Of a stretch of 20,000 nt of DNA, positions 15,377 to 20,000 are shown in pieces. The stretch lies in the IMG/VR virus record IMGVR_UViG_3300001682_000595; one strand, written 5' to 3'. The translations under genes and the position numbers were made by a program. The DNA comes from an uncultured virus (IMG/VR IMGVR_UViG_3300001682_000595). Lineage: Duplodnaviria > Heunggongvirae > Uroviricota > Caudoviricetes. Each line of letters begins with the position of its first letter. Positions within the stretch are counted from its first letter, which is position 1. A model generated the notes under the pieces. It did no database searches. It had not been told where the DNA came from and saw only the letters and a program-made list of their open reading frames with translations.

Positions 15377-18300
15377 TTATCCGCACACCAGTTCCCACAG
15401 CCTGTCATAACTGTCCACAACATCATATTTGACGTTTTCACCGCTGATGGCGCGGAAATGCTCGCGGGCGCAGTGGGCTTTCGCTTTTTCTATCTCGCGC
15501 AGTTCCATCGTAGACATATCGCCCTTTGTCTCCGCGACAAAGTAGATGTGCTTTACCTTCCCCTCGTAAAAGGCAATTGCCCAGTCGGGGTTGTACTTTC
15601 CGACCGGAGTGCTGATATAGAACCCTCTTGGCAGCTTGACATAAACCTCAACCTCTTTGCTGTGCGCTTCCAGTTCGGCGGCGAAGTCACGCTCTTTGGT
15701 AGAATCATAAATAACATAATCGTACAGATGCCGCTTTGCAGCCATCGCATTTATGCCTAAGGCGCCTTTTTTCAAATCAGGCTCAGTAAAAATCTCTGTG
15801 CCAAACGCTGCGGTAAGTTTGTCGTAGGTGATATGCTCGATGATCGCCGTGGCTTTCTGTTCGTTTATGAGATTCGAGGCGCGTATAATAAACTCCTCCG
15901 GGTTATAACCGAATTGTTCGAATACCGCCTTTTCGATGCCCGTCAGAATTGACACTACCGCCTTTCTCGTAAGCCCCGTTTCAGCGACGATCTTGCCAAC
16001 AAGATCATATCGGGCAAAACTGCTCGCCTTCATCGCCGTGTAGGAAGAAGCATCCTCGCGCGCAAGATCGGTTCGGACAAAGGCTTCCCCAGCCTGCAGT
16101 TGGTCTTTGGATTCTATCGTTTCGGCTTGCTCGCCTTTTTCAACTTTAAAGTATATTTTGGATACGCGCAGGCGCTTGTTCAGTACATCAATCGCCTTGG
16201 CGATCAGTTCGTTCTCGTCAAAACTCACGGTATAGTAGCTTTTGCTGTTGATATATGACCATAGTTCCTGAAATGCCTTGCTATCCAGTTTTTCCTTGTC
16301 AAGCGCGATCTCCACCGTGTTTCTGCGGGCATCCTCCGGCTTGCCAACGTTCGGGTCATAGACGGAATCAAGAACGGCCATGACTTCGACGGCGCGGCCT
16401 GCGGTTTCCTCGGGAACGGCCAACGCTCCGTTTTTCTTATCCTCATAGTACTTATCGGTCAGTTCGCCGCGCTTTACATAGCCGTTTTCGATCAGGCTTT
16501 CGTAAATAACAAGGGCGATGTCTTCGCCGAACGTCTCCGTAAACAGCTTCGCCTCCACCTTGCGCGGACGGTCGGCAACCGCCTCGGCGATCTCGCTTTG
16601 CAACGCTTTGGCGAAGCTTTCATAGCTTTCGTTTGCGATAACCGTCAGCACGTTGACGTTGTGGATCTCGTCGCGGGAGAGGACGTTTTCGTCCATGCGC
16701 TCGCCGTTTTGGTTGACGGCAAGGCGCAGCCCGCGCCCGACTTCCTGACGTTTGCGGACGTCGCTGCCACTCTGTTTCAGCGTGCAGATCTGGAACACGT
16801 TCGGATTGTCCCAGCCCTCGCGCAGCGCCGAATGGCTGAATATGAACCGCACAGGCTCGCGGCGGTCAAGCAGGCGCTCCTTGTCCTTCATGATAAGGTC
16901 GTAGGCGTCGGCGTCGGCGGAAGTGCGTTCTTTTCTATCATCCAGTTTGCTGTCGATCATGCGCCCGCTCTTTTTATCGACGGAGAAGTAGCCCGCGTGC
17001 GTCCGTTCGGCGGGTATGCCGTCGAGGTATTTCAAATACTCCTGTGAATCCTCAAGCTGAAGCTGCATATTACCGACGATTGCTTTATATTCTTCCTCAA
17101 AAACTTTCGCGTAAATTCCGCACACGGCGTTGCCGTTCGCGTCGTATTGCCTGTACTTAGCCACCTCATCGATAAAGAACAGGGACAGCACTTTGATGCC
17201 TTTGGAGAAGAGCCGCCGCTCCCGCTCGATGTGGGAGAGGATGGTTTCCCGTATCTGAATACGGCGAAGCTGCTCCTCGCTGACCGAGCCGATGACGTCT
17301 CCCGCGAACAGCTTTTTGCCGTTGACAAACTCCACGGAAGAATCGCGCCCGTCAATCCGCAATACCGTGTATCCATTTTTGTATTCGGCAAGTTCGCCGG
17401 AGTTGTCGTACAGGTTATAGCCCTCGCCCACGACACGCGATACTTTGCGGACTCCGGACGCGCCTTTTACGTCGAATTCGATCGTGGCGGTCGGGTTGCC
17501 CTTGGAGAGGTTGATGCTCTGCACATAGACATAACCTTCGGTTGCGGTGCTGCCGGAAACGGATATGCCCTTGACGGCGATCTTCTTCACCAGCCGCTTG
17601 TTGTAGGCTTCGAGCGCGTCGAGACGGTAAACCATATTGTACATGCTGTCTGCGCGGTGGGTCGCCGAATAACGAAGCGTGAACAGCGGGTTGAACTCGC
17701 GCAGACGCTCTCTAGTGGCCGCGCCCTCAACGGATTGCGGCTCGTCGATGATCAGTATCGGGTTCGTCTTTGCTATGATGTCGATGGGGCGGCGGGAGCG
17801 GAACTCGTCGAGCTTCATGTAGATGCGCCGCGCTTCCTTGCCCCGTGCGTTGAACGCCTGGCTGTTGATGATCATGACATTGATCGCGCTGTCGGAGGCG
17901 AAGCGGTCTATCTCGGTAAGCTGCGCCGAATTGTAGATGAAATATCGGATCTTCTTGCCGTAATCCTCCGCGAAATGCTCCTCGGTCATCTGGAACGACT
18001 TGAACACGCCCTCGCGGATGGCCACGCTTGGCACCACGACGATGAATTTGCTCCAGCCGTAGCGCTTGTTGAGCTCGTACATCGTCTTGATGTAGGTATA
18101 GGTCTTGCCCACGCCGGTTTCCATTTCGACGGTGAGATTATACCGCCCCTCCAGCTTGTCCGAAGGCTTGATATGCCCGCTTCGCTGAACGGCGCGGATG
18201 TTCTCCAGGATCCTATCGTCCGAAATGGCGATTGGCGCATTGTTGAAACCAGTGAACTTCAGGGCGTGCTCAAGCGACACCTGCCCCAAGCCGGGGTCTA

Positions 18301-18400
18301 TCATATAGGTGGGCGTGTGGTAAGGCTGGCCCGCGAACGCGTCGCAGACTGCCTTCGCCGCGTCCTCTTGAAATCGCTGATGCCGGAATTGCAGTTTCAT
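15377..18400 (-). CDS. res: Type III restriction endonuclease Res subunit
   Basis: 1007 aa; METGVGKT, IIDEPQ, RYSATH, LREGWDNPNVFQIC, QEVGRGLR helicase motifs; PD..(E)xK nuclease 'NPDW...VAETKG'; RBS AGGAGG overlapping the mod stop. Confidence 0.95.
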   Translation of the reverse strand: MKLQFRHQRFQEDAAKAVCDAFAGQPYHTPTYMIDPGLGQVSLEHALKFTGFNNAPIAISDDRILENIRAVQRSGHIKPSDKLEGRYNLTVEMETGVGKTYTYIKTMYELNKRYGWSKFIVVVPSVAIREGVFKSFQMTEEHFAEDYGKKIRYFIYNSAQLTEIDRFASDSAINVMIINSQAFNARGKEARRIYMKLDEFRSRRPIDIIAKTNPILIIDEPQSVEGAATRERLREFNPLFTLRYSATHRADSMYNMVYRLDALEAYNKRLVKKIAVKGISVSGSTATEGYVYVQSINLSKGNPTATIEFDVKGASGVRKVSRVVGEGYNLYDNSGELAEYKNGYTVLRIDGRDSSVEFVNGKKLFAGDVIGSVSEEQLRRIQIRETILSHIERERRLFSKGIKVLSLFFIDEVAKYRQYDANGNAVCGIYAKVFEEEYKAIVGNMQLQLEDSQEYLKYLDGIPAERTHAGYFSVDKKSGRMIDSKLDDRKERTSADADAYDLIMKDKERLLDRREPVRFIFSHSALREGWDNPNVFQICTLKQSGSDVRKRQEVGRGLRLAVNQNGERMDENVLSRDEIHNVNVLTVIANESYESFAKALQSEIAEAVADRPRKVEAKLFTETFGEDIALVIYESLIENGYVKRGELTDKYYEDKKNGALAVPEETAGRAVEVMAVLDSVYDPNVGKPEDARRNTVEIALDKEKLDSKAFQELWSYINSKSYYTVSFDENELIAKAIDVLNKRLRVSKIYFKVEKGEQAETIESKDQLQAGEAFVRTDLAREDASSYTAMKASSFARYDLVGKIVAETGLTRKAVVSILTGIEKAVFEQFGYNPEEFIIRASNLINEQKATAIIEHITYDKLTAAFGTEIFTEPDLKKGALGINAMAAKRHLYDYVIYDSTKERDFAAELEAHSKEVEVYVKLPRGFYISTPVGKYNPDWAIAFYEGKVKHIYFVAETKGDMSTMELREIEKAKAHCAREHFRAISGENVKYDVVDSYDRLWELVCG

Positions 18401-18413
18401 TTTCCGCGCCCTC

Positions 18414-19998
18414 CTATATCACTTTTACGCTGGTATTCGGCGCGAGCAACTTGAATATCTCAAACACGTTGATCTTCTCNNNNNNNNNNNNNNNNNNNNN
18501 NNNNNNNNNNNNNNNNNNNNNNNNNNNNNNNNNNNNNNNNNNNNNNNNNNNNNNNNNNNNNNNNNNNNNNNNNNNNNNNNNNNNNNNNNNNNNNNNNNNN
18601 ACAGCAGGTCCATATCCGAGCGGCCTTCTTTTATGTTGCTTTCCATCATGGAAAGCATATCCTGCGTATAGTCCGCCGGCGCGTAATAGACGTCGTTCAT
18701 GTTGGATTCGTCCAGCTTGAAGACGCGAAAGCCGATGTCAAGGTTTTCAATGCCAGGCTTGTCCTTGTTCTCTTCCTTTATTTTTTCCCCGGCGCGGCGG
18801 ATGCGCTCCTTGCCGATTTCGCAGATGTTTTTGTAGCCGGCTTTGAATGCTTTACTTCCCTCGGGACATGCTTCAGGCAGTTGAACCATAATAAACTTAT
18901 GTTTACTTTTCTTTTCGGCATTTATTTGCATAAGAGCGTGAGCTGTTGACGCGCTGCCTGAAAAGAAGTCAAGCACTATACTGTCATTGCCAAGGTTAGC
19001 AAGTGTCAATAACCGCTTCATAAGTCGCACAGGCTTTGGTCCATCAAAGAACCCCTGACCGTCAAAAAGAGACACCACCTCTTGTGCTCCCTCCTGGTTA
19101 TGCCCAACATCTTTGAAAAGAAGAATAGAAGTCGGAGTCATGCCTTCTTTCCGCAAATCGGACAGGAAACGCTTGATTCTTGGTGTTCCGTTTCCGTCGG
19201 GGCCAAACCAAATTCTATTATCTTGGAGTCTCTCGAAAAACGCGTTTTTCGAGAGACTCCAGCAGCGCCCTGCTGGAGGCTCTATCACACGCCCCGAAGG
19301 GGCGATGATAGGATAATCATTTTCAGCGGTATATGTCTTGACAGAAATATCACTCGACATCCAAACACCACGCGGATCGTTATCAGGATTAGAATAACGA
19401 GCATTTGCTTCTTCTGTACGTTCCAAACGTCCAATAACAAAGTTCATACAGTTTTTAGCGTACATCACCACATAATCGTGACTGTTTGACACGAATTTTG
19501 CATCATTCTTTGGAGAAAATGCTCTCTGCCAGATTAGTTGAGCGATAAAGTTGCTTTCTCCAAACACCTCATCACAAATTTTCCGCAGCTGTGCCACTTC
19601 ATTGTCGTCAATGCTGATGAACATTACGCCGTCACACGCAGCAGATTCCGCGCCAACACAAGCCGCGGGTACATCATGCTGCACCAGTCGGAATGAAACC
19701 GTCCGTTGCTTTCAGTGTTGCGGAACAGGCGGTCGCCATCCTCATCGTACGCGCCCGCCTCCTCGTCGTACTCCTCGCGGCTCCGCGCGAAATCGTCGCG
19801 GTAAATGAAATCGTTCCCCGTGTTGTACGGCGGGTCGATGTAGATCATCTTCACCTTGCCAAGGTAGCTTTCCTGCAGGAGCTTGAGCACGTCCAAATTG
19901 TCGCCCTCGATGTAAAGGTTCTCGGTCGTGTCCCAGTTTTTGCTTTCCTCCGGGCAGGGACGCAGCGTCTTGCGGATAGGCCTGCCCGCCTCGGCGAT
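18414..19998 (-). pseudogene. mod: Type III R-M methyltransferase Mod (N6-adenine, beta class); 5' end outside window, 1-bp frameshift at ~19634, N-gap near 3' end
   Basis: 'NLYIEGDNLDVLKLLQ-SY-GKVKMIYIDPPYNTG' in one frame, then 'DGVMFISIDDNE...PKP...VLDFFSGSASTAHA...GF-VFKLD-SN' in another. The likely C-terminus EKINVFEIFKLLAPNTSVKVI* ends at TAG 18414-18416, not at 18425 as in the ORF track. Confidence 0.88.
18480..18600. other. Assembly gap (121 N)
   Basis: Run of N within the mod 3' region; the frames on either side do not match for a 121-nt gap, so the length is only an estimate. Confidence 1.
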
Positions 19999-20000
19999 GG

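Noticed and set aside
17147..18454. 435-aa + strand ORF and other long antisense ORFs (e.g. 16598-17047, 5459-6076, 2146-2706, 8901-9452)
   Set aside because: Shadow ORFs opposite well-supported GC-rich genes, with no recognisable motifs.
18425..18479. ORF-track C-terminus of Mod (RRSTCLRYSSCSRRIPA)
   Set aside because: Frame artefact of the N-gap length; the alternative frame EKINVFEIFKLLAPNTSVKVI* fits Mod and abuts the res RBS.
1..20000. CRISPR array, tRNA/rRNA, group II intron or retron
   Set aside because: No regularly spaced repeats, RNA gene signatures or RT motifs were seen by eye; a covariance-model search would be needed to exclude small RNAs.

Overview
The window holds two converging blocks from a Firmicute (Clostridia-like) genome. 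Block 1 (+ strand, 1-~11015) is the right end of a siphovirus-type prophage. It runs tape-measure C-terminus, distal tail (Dit), a LamG + prophage-tail (Tal-like) protein split by a frameshift, two small tail proteins, a large GH18 hydrolase, holin, amidase-LysM endolysin, a SHOCT-like small protein and a trio of serine recombinase genes. Of the trio, one is intact, one is broken by a 13-bp tandem duplication, and one stops matching its family at the conserved 'AD-EGISGT' motif. Next comes an unannotated IS256-family 3' remnant with its terminal inverted repeat. Block 2 (- strand, 11281-20000) is a defence-island-like run. It contains a type III mod (1-bp frameshift, N-gap, AT-rich central segment), a type III res, a possible 33-aa membrane peptide missed by the ORF track, an RloC-like AAA_13 ATPase whose HEPN region lacks the canonical Rx4-6H motif, a GIY-YIG/DUF4357 nuclease and a Cys-rich unknown gene interrupted by one in-frame TGA. 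All family assignments come from motif recognition by eye; no searches were run. Several lesions could be assembly errors, since the sequence contains an N-gap.
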